DNA of 64,000 nt from Acidobacteriota bacterium (GCA_036507075.1 DASXQR010000192.1:32001-96000); one strand, 5' to 3'. Shown: positions 1 through 9,974, counted from the first letter of the stretch. Made by a program: numbers and translations. The notes: generated from the letters alone by a model not told the origin.

Positions 1-1
1 A

Positions 2-931
2 ACCGATGAACGGGCGGCCGCGCGTGCTGGTGGTGAAAACATTGCCGCCAATCACAAGCGATGAGGCGATGGTGCGGTTTGCGGGATTGTTTGTCGGGTT
101 AAAGCCTCCGATGCGCCAAATCTCTTTGCCGCTGTCCAGATCATGGCCGGTGGCGTAATCGGCTCCTGAAATCACCAGTTGTAGCTTTCCGGAAACCATG
201 ACGATCTGCGGTGTCGCATAATTGTCGGGCGACTCCTGCACGGCATCGGTCGGCCGCTCCACCTTCCAGACGGTTTTCCCGGTGTTTTTGTCTACCGCAA
301 ACACGTAGGACGGATCGTCGGTGTGCATCCCGTGAAGCACCTGGACATAGAGACGAGCGCCGTACATCAGAGGAGTAGAGGCGTAGCCGTGGTTGAATCC
401 AAATCGTCCGTAGTCGGCCTGAATATCACGCTTCCAGACTTCCTTGCCATCCATCGTCAGGCAGGCCAGCTTGCCGTTGCCTGTTGCGATCCAGACACTC
501 TTGCCGTCGGTGATCGGCGAAGGTGAAGCGGAATTCTGCTTGCGGAAGAGTTGATTCCCGCTGTCGATCTGACTTTGCCAGCGGATGGAACCGTCTTTGC
601 GGTTGACGGCGAGCAGAAAGATTTTGTCCGGACTCGGCTCACCCGCGGAGCGGCGGCGCCCCTCGCCCAGTCGCACAAATCCCTCTTCGGCTGAGGTGAT
701 GAAGATGCTGTCTCCCCAGACGATCGGAGTCGCCGCACTCCAACTCGGCAGCTTCGTCCGCCACCGGATGTTTTGCGTCTCCGTCCAGGTCACCGGGAGA
801 TCGCGGGCGGATTGCGTGCTGCCGTTCGAATTCGGACCGCGCCACTGGGCCCAGTTCGCCAACAGCGTCCCTGCCGCAGGGAGACAAACAAAAAAACCAA
901 AAATCCAGAGAGCCTTTCGACGATTATTCAA
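2..931 (-). CDS. PQQ-like beta-propeller (BamB-family) repeat protein, runs off the left edge
   Basis: Not in the ORF track because it has no stop in the window. Manual translation from TTG at 931 (GAGGTG upstream) gives a signal peptide, then NWAQWRGPNSNG...LPVTWTETQNIRWRTKLPSWSAATPIVWGD, typical of this family. Confidence 0.85.
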   Translation of the reverse strand, partial: MNNRRKALWIFGFFVCLPAAGTLLANWAQWRGPNSNGSTQSARDLPVTWTETQNIRWRTKLPSWSAATPIVWGDSIFITSAEEGFVRLGEGRRRSAGEPSPDKIFLLAVNRKDGSIRWQSQIDSGNQLFRKQNSASPSPITDGKSVWIATGNGKLACLTMDGKEVWKRDIQADYGRFGFNHGYASTPLMYGARLYVQVLHGMHTDDPSYVFAVDKNTGKTVWKVERPTDAVQESPDNYATPQIVMVSGKLQLVISGADYATGHDLDSGKEIWRIGGFNPTNNPANRTIASSLVIGGNVFTTSTRGRPFIG

Positions 932-1016
932 TCAATCACCTCGTGATGAGCCGTAACTTCGAAGACTTGATATTACAATTTAAACCCGCCGCGATCAAAG
1001 CCGGTTTTGCGGATCC

Positions 1017-1230
1017 CTCTGTGTCCTTTGCACTACTAACCATAAGAATTTTCGCGGCCTGCGCAAATTATTCGCGAGCGGAGAGACGGCCTGAGGGCCG
1101 TCTCAGCTTGGCAGGGCACCGCAGAGAGACGGCCCTCAGGCCGTCTCTCCTTGACTTTTGGTTGCGGCTTCGCCGCGCTCTGTCTCTGTGGTGACTCTAA
1201 CATTTGACCACAGAGACACAGAGGACACAG
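1017..1230. repeat. Composite intergenic repeat: 9-mer (CACAGAGRN) arms, a GCCGCAACCAAA-ended element and a REPIN-like double hairpin
   Basis: Contains GGAGAGACGGCCTGAGGGCCGTCTC...GAGAGACGGCCCTCAGGCCGTCTCTCC. 1076-1172 is the reverse complement of 34992-35088 with one mismatch. Confidence 0.9.
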
Positions 1231-1285
1231 GGGGGCAAGTAAGCACCGTTCGCTGTATACTGCGATACGCAGAGGTCGAATAGCG

Positions 1286-2011
1286 ATGAAAAGAATTGTG
1301 ATTGCAATACTGTGTGGATGCATCCTTCTGGCTGCCGCCGGCAGCCGGGCGAGCGGCATTCCCGTACCCGAATTTCGGGACTTGTTTAACGGCAGGGACC
1401 TGACCGGTTGGGTTAACGTCAATACCGCCGAGTATACATGGCAGGTTCGGGACGGCGCGCTGGTGTGTTCCGGGCATCCCATCGGCGTGATGCGAAGCGA
1501 TAAGCAATACGAAAACTTTATCCTTCACATTGAGTGGATGCACATGGAACCGGGAGGAAACTCTGGAGTGTTCGTGTGGAGCGGAGCGCGTCCCAATCCC
1601 AGCAGCCGGCTTCCGGACGGGGTTGAGGTCCAGATGCTGGAACTGGACTGGCCCAACCTGCACAAGCAGGATGGAAAGACTCCTCCCGTCGCCTATGTCC
1701 ACGGGGAACTCTTCGGTGTCGGCGGAGTAAAAACGATGCCCGACAATCCGCGGGGCGAAAGGAGCATGTCGATCGAAAATCGCTGCAAGGGACGGGGCGA
1801 GTGGAATACTTACGACGTAGTAGCCGTCGATGGCGTCATCAAGCTCTCCGTGAATGGAAAGTTTGTCAACGGCATCAGCGGCGCGACCCAGAAGAAGGGC
1901 TACCTCTGCCTGGAATCCGAAGGAGCAGAAATCCACTTTCGTAACATCAAGATCCTGGAATTACCGCCGGGCGTGACCGCCCCCAACCAGGCTGCCCCCG
2001 AGCTTGATTAA
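1286..2011 (+). CDS. DUF1080 / 3-keto-disaccharide hydrolase family secreted protein
   Basis: Signal peptide; motifs [40 protein letters not shown]. Confidence 0.9.
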   Translation: MKRIVIAILCGCILLAAAGSRASGIPVPEFRDLFNGRDLTGWVNVNTAEYTWQVRDGALVCSGHPIGVMRSDKQYENFILHIEWMHMEPGGNSGVFVWSGARPNPSSRLPDGVEVQMLELDWPNLHKQDGKTPPVAYVHGELFGVGGVKTMPDNPRGERSMSIENRCKGRGEWNTYDVVAVDGVIKLSVNGKFVNGISGATQKKGYLCLESEGAEIHFRNIKILELPPGVTAPNQAAPELD

Positions 2012-2039
2012 ACGGAGAGGTCCCTTACCTCGTGTCACC

Positions 2040-2069
2040 CGTAGAGACGCGGCATGCCGCGTCTCTACG
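2040..2069. repeat. GTAG-type REP palindrome between convergent genes; possible bidirectional terminator
   Basis: Perfect 30-bp palindrome CGTAGAGACGCGGCATGCCGCGTCTCTACG. Confidence 0.85.
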
Positions 2070-2120
2070 ACTGCGAGCTTGTAAAGGGGGCGACTTAATG
2101 CAGTTTTGGATCCCTTGCCG

Positions 2121-3686
2121 CTAATTCGGCTTTCTCCATTCCATTACGGCTCCCGCCTTGCGCAGCCGTGCTGTCAATTCGACTGTGTCAACGTCCTGTA
2201 CCGGTTTTCTGGCGCTGATAGCCATTTTTGCCGCGACTCCCGCTGCCTGCCCGATGATCATGTATTGCGGTTCCATCCGCAGCGTCGAATAGGCCACGTG
2301 CGAGGCTGAAAACGCCACCGGCACCAGAAGATTTCCGGCCTCTTCTTTCTTCGGCAGCAGTATCCGGTATGGAACCTGATAAGGCGTGACGGGGACCTGC
2401 ATGTCGCCTTCGTTTTCAACCGCTCCGTCCGAAGTGGCGACGCGTTGAATGTTATGCGAGTCGCTGTTGTAGGATCCCATCCCGATGACGTCCGGTTTTG
2501 TGAGATCCGTCTGGATATCTTTTTGCGACATCACGAAGGCTCCGACCATGCGCCGGGACTCCCGCACGTACAACTGGTAAGGCCAATTCTGATTGTCGGC
2601 GAATTCATCTTTGGCCAAGCCGATTTCGCGCACTTTCTGCTGCAGGTCGGCGGGAACATGAGAATCATTGGCGAGAAAATAAAAGAACCCGGCGACGTAA
2701 TCGCGATGGGCCTTCCAGATCTGCTGGCGCTGCTGGTAGCCGGCGTCCGGGTAATTCCAGTTTCCGCCGATGTAATCGGTGGAAAACGCGCCATTGTTGT
2801 TTACGTCGAACTTCCCGTTCTTCAGCGGGTCGGGCTTCATCACGTCGGACAACTTCCATTGCCTCGGCGACATTGCCTGAAGCAGCCGCGCCAGTAACTC
2901 GTACCGATGCGGATCGTAATTGTCGGGCCGGGGAAACGGGACCCGGTTTTCTTTCACGTTGGTAACGCACATCCGAAAGTTGTAAGCCTGCACTTTTCGA
3001 TCGGCCGCGCAAGGTTCGCCCTTGGGACCGGCGAAAACCTCCGGGAGCAACCGGCCGTTTGCGTTGTAAGGAGAGACCTTGACCAGGAACTGATGTTTTG
3101 GCGTGTGATCGCGCACGCCCGCGAGTGACTCCCCGTACTGGCTGCACCCTTCGCGTCCCCAGGTGTAGGAAACGCCGCTCTGCGCCATCAGGTCACCTTC
3201 ATAGCTGGCGTCGGCATAGATTAAGGCTTCAAAGGCATCGCCGTTTTCAGTGACGATCCTGCGAATCTGACGCCCTTCTTTAAGCACGCCCTTCATCTCT
3301 TTGAGACGATGCTGCAGAAACACCTCGACACCGGCCTCGCGGGCCATCTCACTAAACACCTGCTCGGCGACATGCGGCTCGAAGTACCAGGTAATCGGCT
3401 CGCTGTAGTGCTTCCCCACTCGTTGGAAGAACTGAAGCGAGTATCCTCCGATCACCTCCTTCTTTCCATGATCTGTCCAGCTCAGCCCGCCGCTGACCAT
3501 GCCGCCAAGGTGCCGGCCGGGTTCAAGCAGCGCTACGCGCAAACCTTCCCTGGCCGCCGAGTACGCAGTGATTACGCCGCCGGCCGTTCCCCCATAAACC
3601 ACCACATCGAACTTTCGTGTGGCCGCCGAGGCGGATGTGAAAAGGAAGTAAAAGAACAAGAGTGTCGTCGGGAACCTCTTAAGCAT
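2121..3686 (-). CDS. Secreted FAD-dependent oxidoreductase (FAD_oxidored family)
   Basis: DVVVYGGTAGG Rossmann motif, DASYEGDL, YVRESRRM, SHVAYSTLRMEP. Start moved to ATG 3686, which has a GAGGAG RBS. Confidence 0.88.
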   Translation of the reverse strand: MLKRFPTTLLFFYFLFTSASAATRKFDVVVYGGTAGGVITAYSAAREGLRVALLEPGRHLGGMVSGGLSWTDHGKKEVIGGYSLQFFQRVGKHYSEPITWYFEPHVAEQVFSEMAREAGVEVFLQHRLKEMKGVLKEGRQIRRIVTENGDAFEALIYADASYEGDLMAQSGVSYTWGREGCSQYGESLAGVRDHTPKHQFLVKVSPYNANGRLLPEVFAGPKGEPCAADRKVQAYNFRMCVTNVKENRVPFPRPDNYDPHRYELLARLLQAMSPRQWKLSDVMKPDPLKNGKFDVNNNGAFSTDYIGGNWNYPDAGYQQRQQIWKAHRDYVAGFFYFLANDSHVPADLQQKVREIGLAKDEFADNQNWPYQLYVRESRRMVGAFVMSQKDIQTDLTKPDVIGMGSYNSDSHNIQRVATSDGAVENEGDMQVPVTPYQVPYRILLPKKEEAGNLLVPVAFSASHVAYSTLRMEPQYMIIGQAAGVAAKMAISARKPVQDVDTVELTARLRKAGAVMEWRKPN

Positions 3687-3732
3687 GATTTCTCCTCGAT
3701 CTAATTTGGTAACGAGCTGCAACAAGTTTTCG

Positions 3733-4096
3733 CCACAAAGACGCAGCCGGCCACAGGCCGCAACCAAAAGCGTCATTGGTCATTGGTCGTCGGTCATTAG
3801 TCATTTTCACTACCAGCCGAACCGCGCCCGTCAGCAAGCGGACTCTCCAGTTTGCCACGAAGACACGAAGACACGAAGAAGCGCTATTCATTTGAAGTGA
3901 CACTTCTCATAACTCGAACCGCTTGTCTGAGAAGCGGCACTTCCAGCTCAATCGTTGTTTTGCGTGTCTTCGTGCCTTCGTGGCAAATCCCAGCGGAGGG
4001 TCCGCTTGCTGATGCGCGCGGTTCGGCTGGTAGTGAAATGACTAATGACCAATGACGCCTTTGGTTGCGCCCTGCGGCCGGGTTGTGTCTTTGTGG
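3733..4096. repeat. Four-tier nested inverted repeat
   Basis: Arm pairs 3733-3772/4056-4096, 3772-3805/4037-4056, 3805-3848/3995-4038 and 3851-3877/3963-3987 surround a core of about 85 bp. Confidence 0.9.
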
Positions 4097-4116
4097 TCAA
4101 AATGTTCGCCGAGTCG

Positions 4117-7100
4117 CTAAAACATTAGCCGCATTCCCAGTTGGATCCGCCGGGCGGGCAGAGAGCTCAGAACTTTTCCAAAATTTGCGTTCGTATTCAC
4201 TCCCGCGGCATTCGGTTGAAACGTCACGCTCGGATCGTTCAGATTTACCCGGTTAAACGCGTTGAATGCTTCGCCCCGAATCTCGAGTTTGACTTCTTCC
4301 CGCACGGGAACAGTCTTGAACAGAGACAACGACAAGTCTTTGTATCCGGGTCCGCGCGTGTGAGGAAGCGTACGCGGCACGTTCCCGATTACAAAGTCCG
4401 GGGGATTGCGGAACGCGTCGGTGTTAAACCAGCGCGCCGCATTGCGCTGATCAGACGGCAGGCTTGGTTCGCCCACCAGGTCGGGCCAGCCGATCCCAGT
4501 GAAGTTGTTGGCGCCGCGAATTGCGAGCGGGCTGCCGTTCTGCAGAGTCAGGATGCCGTTCAATTGCCACTCCCCGACAATGGCGGCAATCCAGCCACCC
4601 TGGCCCATCCAGCGCCTTCCTTTTCCCACCGGCAAATCATAAACCGTGCTCAATACCATGCGCCTGGATACATCGCTGACGTCAATGGCGCGGTCCAGCC
4701 GCCGGTTCAAACGCCCGATGCGGAATTCCCCTCCTGTTCCGCTGCCGTCGTTGCTCGAGAAAGAGTCGTCGATCAGTTTGGATCCGGTAAAGGAGAGCAG
4801 CGCCGACAAACCGCCTGAGAAGCGGCGTTCCACCGTCATTTGGAAAGAATGATACGTGCTGCAAGCTCCGTGCTCGCCCAGCGTATTGATGGTGAGATAG
4901 TCAGGAAAGGGGCGAAGCAACTGGTCCTGGCGCACGTTGACGGTGGATAGGGTTCCGGAAGTAATTTGCCCAAAGAAGGGATTCGGCACCTGTTTTTGCA
5001 AATCCAGACCGAGAGCATAGTACTTGGGATCAAGTTGGTTGAGATTATAGTTGGCGCCAAACAGGTGCACTCCGCGGTTTCCCGCATAGGTCGTTGCGAC
5101 CACCCAGTTTCCGGCAAGCTCCCGCTGGATAGTGAGGTTCCACTGCTGCACGTAAGGAGTGCCTGATCGCATCGCTTGGAACCGCACATCCTGCCCGCGA
5201 AAGGCCGAAGGCCCCCCGGTTGCCCCTTTCGGCTGCAACAACACGCTCGGACCCTGACTGAATTGAAACGCCTTGACGGGCGCGCCGCCGGGTGCAGCGA
5301 AAGTATTATTGATGCTGAAGCCAAGAGAGTTTGAATTGTCACCTGCCGTGTCGCCGCTCTCCAGCAGGCTGTAGATCAACCCATAACCACCGCGAATCGC
5401 CGTCTTGCCGTCTCCGGTCAAGTCATAAGCAAAGCCAAAACGGGGTCCAAAGTTGTTTCGCGCAGGGCGTGTAAAATGCCGGTCCTTGGTGACGCCCGCG
5501 TACTGCAGAACGCCCGGCCGGCCGGTTTCGGAATTGACAATGAAAGGATCGAAGTTGGAGCTGCGGTTCCAGCGTTCCACCGGGCCCGATTCCAGATCGT
5601 AGCGCAGCCCGAGATTCAGCGTGAGACGCCGCGTCAGCTTGAAATCGTCCTGGACATAAGTCCCGTTGGACCAGTTATCGAAAGAAAAAAACGGCCTCAC
5701 CGACTGGCTGCCACTTGACACCTCGCCCAGTAGAAACGTGGCCATCCCGAAACCGGTCCCGGCCGGCCTCTGCGGATTACTGGTCAGTCCTCCATCGAAA
5801 GTGAAGTTGCCGGAAGGATTGAGCCGGTTGACGAAGTTCAGTCTTTGCCATCGTTGGTCCGTTCCCATTTTGATGACATGCCTGCCGGTGATGACCGTCA
5901 GGCTGTCGGCAACTTGTATAACGTGCTGCCGCCTGTGCCCGCCGGCAAATCCACCGCGTGCTGAGCCAATGGAGAGCATTCCCGAAATGCCCACCGGGGG
6001 AAACGCGTCCTGGGGAAATATGGAAGGGAATCCTAGTTTCTTCGGCCACTCTTTATCGAAGCTGGGATGCGTGAAGATCAGATACTGGCGCGTTCCGTTC
6101 AGCCGCAGCTCGTTGATCACTCGAGGAGAAAATGTATGCGTCTCCGCTACGATCAGATTGTGATTGTTACGTTGGTCGTCTCGTGCGTCCGTGTCGGCAT
6201 CCTCCGTCGGCAGTCCCCAGGCGCGAAACAAGCGTGTATTTTTGGTCCCCGTATAGCGACCAAACAGCGCGTCCTTTTCAGTAACCTTATGGTCGATGCG
6301 TGTGGTGAGTTGGAATTGATCGATGGGAAATCCCTGCAGCGAGAGGTAATTATTGGAGTTGCTGAACGGATTGTTGGGCGCCACGTTCGGCAGCGGCATG
6401 TATTTGAGAACGCTGAGCGATAATTTATCAAAGCGCCCGGAGGGAACAATATTTCCGGGAAATGGATCGCGCACGAAACCGCTGCCATTGGGGTTGGGCT
6501 TGGTAGTGGCCGGGTCGTAAATGACTATCAGGGCGCCCTGACCGTCGCGGGTCTTGGAAAAATCGCCCGCGCGCTCCGCCTCGGTCGGCACGGTAGCGCG
6601 ATTGATGTTGGCGGTGCGGAAATTCCACTGTTCGGCTCCAACAAAGAAGAACGTGCGGTCTTTGCCATGATACAGCCCCGGGATCCAGACCGGTCCGCCG
6701 GCAGTGCCGCCATATTGGTTGTATCGAAGAACCGGTTTTGTGCGGCCCGTGACAGGGTCCCGCGTCGTCACAAACGCATTGCGGGCGTCCAGCGAGTCGT
6801 TGCGCAGAAATTCATAGAGTGAACCGTGAAATTGATTCGTGCCGCCGCGCGTCACGACGTTGATAACACCGCCACTGGTTTGTCCGAATTCGGCGGGCAG
6901 GGCGTTGGTGTGAACCTTGAATTCTTCGACCGAGTCGACCATCGGCACCACGCTGATCTCATTGTGCACCGGAATCGTGTTGGTCCCCCCGTCCAGGTAA
7001 ACCTGATTGCTGTAGACCGGGCCCCCGTTGAAGCTGATCTGCGAAAACCCCTGGTTATCCACCTCGGCGAAACCATCACGGTCTTTGAGCCGGGGCTGGA

Positions 7101-7590
7101 CGCCCGGAACCAGCTTTACCAGGTTGAAGACGTGACGTCCATTCAAAGGCAGACTCTCGATTCGCTGCCGCTCCACTGTGGTTCCCAGACTGGAATCTTC
7201 CGTCTGCACCCGCGACACGCCACCTGTTACGATGGTGGTTGTGCTGACCTCGCCGATCTGCATTTCGATATTGACGCGGAGCCGCTGGCCTACTTCAAGC
7301 ACGATTCCACTCTGACGGAAAGTTTTAAAGCCAGGCAGGCTGGCGCTCACTTCGTACTTTCCGATGGGCAAAGTCGGGATTGCATAAACTCCGTCTTCGG
7401 AAGTCACGGCAGTGAATTTCTGGTTTGTCTCCAGATGCAGCCCGGTTACTTCCACTCCTGGAATGCGGGCTTTCTGGGCATCGGTGACTGTGCCCGTAAT
7501 GGTCCCTTTGGGTGATTGACCCGCCAGATGCGCGGCGCCCGCGAAGATGATGAACATGACAAAGCAGATTTTTCGCATCTGCAGAAACAT
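4117..7590 (-). CDS. Oar-like TonB-dependent receptor with carboxypeptidase-regulatory-like N-terminal domain
   Basis: GTITGTVTD, LPLNGR, VEEFKV..N..PAEFG, YVQDDFK, LNLGLRYD, C-terminal RRIQLGMRLMF. Start at ATG 7590 after GGAGG. Confidence 0.93.
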   Translation of the reverse strand: MFLQMRKICFVMFIIFAGAAHLAGQSPKGTITGTVTDAQKARIPGVEVTGLHLETNQKFTAVTSEDGVYAIPTLPIGKYEVSASLPGFKTFRQSGIVLEVGQRLRVNIEMQIGEVSTTTIVTGGVSRVQTEDSSLGTTVERQRIESLPLNGRHVFNLVKLVPGVQPRLKDRDGFAEVDNQGFSQISFNGGPVYSNQVYLDGGTNTIPVHNEISVVPMVDSVEEFKVHTNALPAEFGQTSGGVINVVTRGGTNQFHGSLYEFLRNDSLDARNAFVTTRDPVTGRTKPVLRYNQYGGTAGGPVWIPGLYHGKDRTFFFVGAEQWNFRTANINRATVPTEAERAGDFSKTRDGQGALIVIYDPATTKPNPNGSGFVRDPFPGNIVPSGRFDKLSLSVLKYMPLPNVAPNNPFSNSNNYLSLQGFPIDQFQLTTRIDHKVTEKDALFGRYTGTKNTRLFRAWGLPTEDADTDARDDQRNNHNLIVAETHTFSPRVINELRLNGTRQYLIFTHPSFDKEWPKKLGFPSIFPQDAFPPVGISGMLSIGSARGGFAGGHRRQHVIQVADSLTVITGRHVIKMGTDQRWQRLNFVNRLNPSGNFTFDGGLTSNPQRPAGTGFGMATFLLGEVSSGSQSVRPFFSFDNWSNGTYVQDDFKLTRRLTLNLGLRYDLESGPVERWNRSSNFDPFIVNSETGRPGVLQYAGVTKDRHFTRPARNNFGPRFGFAYDLTGDGKTAIRGGYGLIYSLLESGDTAGDNSNSLGFSINNTFAAPGGAPVKAFQFSQGPSVLLQPKGATGGPSAFRGQDVRFQAMRSGTPYVQQWNLTIQRELAGNWVVATTYAGNRGVHLFGANYNLNQLDPKYYALGLDLQKQVPNPFFGQITSGTLSTVNVRQDQLLRPFPDYLTINTLGEHGACSTYHSFQMTVERRFSGGLSALLSFTGSKLIDDSFSSNDGSGTGGEFRIGRLNRRLDRAIDVSDVSRRMVLSTVYDLPVGKGRRWMGQGGWIAAIVGEWQLNGILTLQNGSPLAIRGANNFTGIGWPDLVGEPSLPSDQRNAARWFNTDAFRNPPDFVIGNVPRTLPHTRGPGYKDLSLSLFKTVPVREEVKLEIRGEAFNAFNRVNLNDPSVTFQPNAAGVNTNANFGKVLSSLPARRIQLGMRLMF

Positions 7591-7649
7591 AAGGTTCACC
7601 TCCCGTCTAAAGTGCGAAAGCGAAGAAAAGGATGGGATGACATTTTACA

Positions 7650-7941
7650 ACACGAACGCGTCAACGGCCACGTCTAATGCCAACGAGCACGATCACGACA
7701 ACCTCCACGCCCTACTTGAAAGAATCGGACACCGATAGCGGCTTTGCCGCATGGTTTTGTCCCATCACCTGGTTGTGGCCTTACGGCCACTGTAAGCTCG
7801 TGAACGTGAGACGTCGTCGTTGACTTGAACGGCCTTGAAGAACTTTGCCAAAAAAGCAAGATTCTTTAACTGATGACCAATGACTAATGACCGATGACGC
7901 GTTTGGTTGCGGCCCTGCCGGGCTGTGCCTCTGTGGTGAAG
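7650..7941. repeat. Composite repeat: hexamer inverted arms, heptamer ATGACYR tract and GCCGCAACCAAA/9-mer end
   Basis: CACGAN-like units 7650-7710 pair with NTCGTG-like units 7796-7835; followed by TGACCAATGACTAATGACCGATGAC and TTTGGTTGCGGCC...CTCTGTGGTGAA. Confidence 0.75.
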
Positions 7942-9851
7942 TTGGATTTCTCCACCGAGGCGCCTGCATAACCGAGCGCTCGCAGATCGTGCCTGATTTC
8001 GTCCAGAATCGCCGGATCGTCCAGTGTCGGCGGGATCGGATACTCGACCCCATCGGCGATCTTTTTGATCGTGCCTCGCACGATCTTGCCGGAACGGGTC
8101 TTGGGCAGGCGCTTGACGACGGTTGCAAGTTTGAAAAACGCCACCGGTCCGATCCGATCGCGCACCAGTTGAATCAACTCCTTGATGATTTCCTGGTTCT
8201 CCCGCGCCACTCCTGATTTCAACACGACCAGGCCCAGTGGCACCTCCCCCTTCATTGCATGCGCGACTCCAACGACGGCGCACTCGGCGACGTCGGGGTG
8301 CGACGCCAGAACTTCTTCCATCGCGCCGGTCGACAAACGATGGCCGGCCACATTGATGATGTCGTCCGTGCGACTCATGATCCAGAGATAGCCGTCCTCG
8401 TCTTTGTAACCTGCGTCGGCGGTCAGATAGTAGCCGGGATAGGTGCTGAGGTAGGACTTCACGTATCCGGCGTCGTTGTTCCACAGCGTTGGCAGGCAGC
8501 CGGGCGGAAGAGGCAGCTTGATCACAATGTTGCCAATCTGGCCCGGAGGCATTTCGTTGCCTTCTGCATCCAGCACGCGCACGTCATAGCCGGGAACCGG
8601 CGCGGCGCAGGAGCCCGGCTTGACGGGTAGCATTTCCAGGCCGAGACAGTTGGAGCCCACGGGCCAACCTGTTTCCGTCTGCCACCAGTGATCGATGACC
8701 GGCACCTGCAGCAGCTTCTGCGCCCATTGCAGTGTGTCCGGGTCGCAGCGCTCGCCGGCAAGGAAAAGAGCGCGGAAGCAGGATAAGTCGTATCTGGCGA
8801 CAAAGTCGCCGCTGTAGTCTTCCCGTTTGATGGCTCGAAAAGCGGTAGGCGCCGTGAACAATGTGCGTACTTTGTGCTGTGATATGACGCGCCAGAATGC
8901 GCCCGGATCGGGAGTGCCTACCGGTTTGCCTTCGTAAAGAACCGTCGTGTTTCCATGGAACAGCGGGCCGTAGGCGATGTAGGAGTGCCCTACGGCCCAT
9001 CCCAGATCTGACGCAGCCCAGAAAACTTCGCCCGGATCGACGCCATAAATATTTTTCATGCTCCACTTGAGGGCGACGGCGTGCCCTCCGTTGTCGCGCA
9101 CGATCCCTTTGGGAATCCCGGTTGTGCCCGACGTGTACAAAATGTAAAGCGGATCCGTCGCGCTCAGCGGTACGCAGTCAACGGGTCTGGCATCGGCCAT
9201 CAGATCGCACCAATCTGCATCACGACCGGGAATGAGCCCAGCCCTTTCCTGTGGACGCTGCAGGATGATGCAGCGCTCCGGCTTGGCAGCGGCAATTTCA
9301 ATCGCCTTGTCGAGCAGAGGTTTATAGGGAACGACGCGATTGACTTCAATCGCGCAGGACGCCGACAGGACCACTTTCGGTTTGGCGTCATTGAGCCGGC
9401 TGGCCAGTTCGTGGGCGGCAAAACCACCGAAGACCACGGAGTGAATCGCACCGATTCGAGCGCACGCGAGCATCCCAACGACGGCTTGCGGAACCATCGG
9501 CATATATATGACGACGCGATCGCCCTTGACCACCCCGCAATTTGCCAATGCGCCGGCAAAGCGGGCGACTTGATCGAGCAGGTTGCCATAAGTAAAGACT
9601 TGTGTCGTTTCCGTGACAGGGCTGTCATAAATGATCGCCGGTTGTTCAGCGCGGCCGCCGTTTACATGCACGTCAAGCGCGTTGTAACAGCTATTGATGA
9701 CGCCTCCGGTGAACCAGCGGTAGAAGGGCGGCCGGGAATCGTCAAGGACACGATCCCATTTTCGATACCATTGGACCTGCTCCGCTGCCTCCGCCCAGAA
9801 GTCTTCTGGCGCTTGCAGCCAGCGCTTGTAGACTTGATCGTAAGTCGTCAT
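7884..9851 (-). CDS. prpE: Propionyl-CoA synthetase (acetate/propionate-CoA ligase)
   Basis: LYILYTSGTTGIPKG, DHWWQTETG, SRTDDIINVAGHRLST and LPKTRSGK; closer to the PrpE type than to Acs. Confidence 0.85.
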   Translation of the reverse strand: MTTYDQVYKRWLQAPEDFWAEAAEQVQWYRKWDRVLDDSRPPFYRWFTGGVINSCYNALDVHVNGGRAEQPAIIYDSPVTETTQVFTYGNLLDQVARFAGALANCGVVKGDRVVIYMPMVPQAVVGMLACARIGAIHSVVFGGFAAHELASRLNDAKPKVVLSASCAIEVNRVVPYKPLLDKAIEIAAAKPERCIILQRPQERAGLIPGRDADWCDLMADARPVDCVPLSATDPLYILYTSGTTGIPKGIVRDNGGHAVALKWSMKNIYGVDPGEVFWAASDLGWAVGHSYIAYGPLFHGNTTVLYEGKPVGTPDPGAFWRVISQHKVRTLFTAPTAFRAIKREDYSGDFVARYDLSCFRALFLAGERCDPDTLQWAQKLLQVPVIDHWWQTETGWPVGSNCLGLEMLPVKPGSCAAPVPGYDVRVLDAEGNEMPPGQIGNIVIKLPLPPGCLPTLWNNDAGYVKSYLSTYPGYYLTADAGYKDEDGYLWIMSRTDDIINVAGHRLSTGAMEEVLASHPDVAECAVVGVAHAMKGEVPLGLVVLKSGVARENQEIIKELIQLVRDRIGPVAFFKLATVVKRLPKTRSGKIVRGTIKKIADGVEYPIPPTLDDPAILDEIRHDLRALGYAGASVEKSNFTTEAQPGRAATKRVIGH

Positions 9852-9896
9852 TTGGGGTCCGCTTGCTTATCCGGATTATTCGCAAACTGAAAGAAT

Positions 9897-9960
9897 TGGC
9901 CGCTGATCTACACGAAAAACACGGATTAGTATCGGCATTGTCCGCGTAAATCGGCGGCTA
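9897..9960. repeat. Short imperfect 9-mer-type inverted repeat
   Basis: GGCCGCTGATCTACACG...CGCGTAAATCGGCGGCT; a related half copy lies at 14479-14507. Confidence 0.65.
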
Positions 9961-9974
9961 GTTCCTTTTATGGT

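Noticed and set aside
1036..1482. Short ORFs over repeat loci (also 943-1194, 3679-4055, 24224-24454, 28977-29288, 51389-51673, 54365-54618, 59191-59517)
   Set aside because: They are translations of tandem or inverted repeats (e.g. SLSVSQ, MRNGECG, HHKDTKDTK) with no family motifs or RBS.
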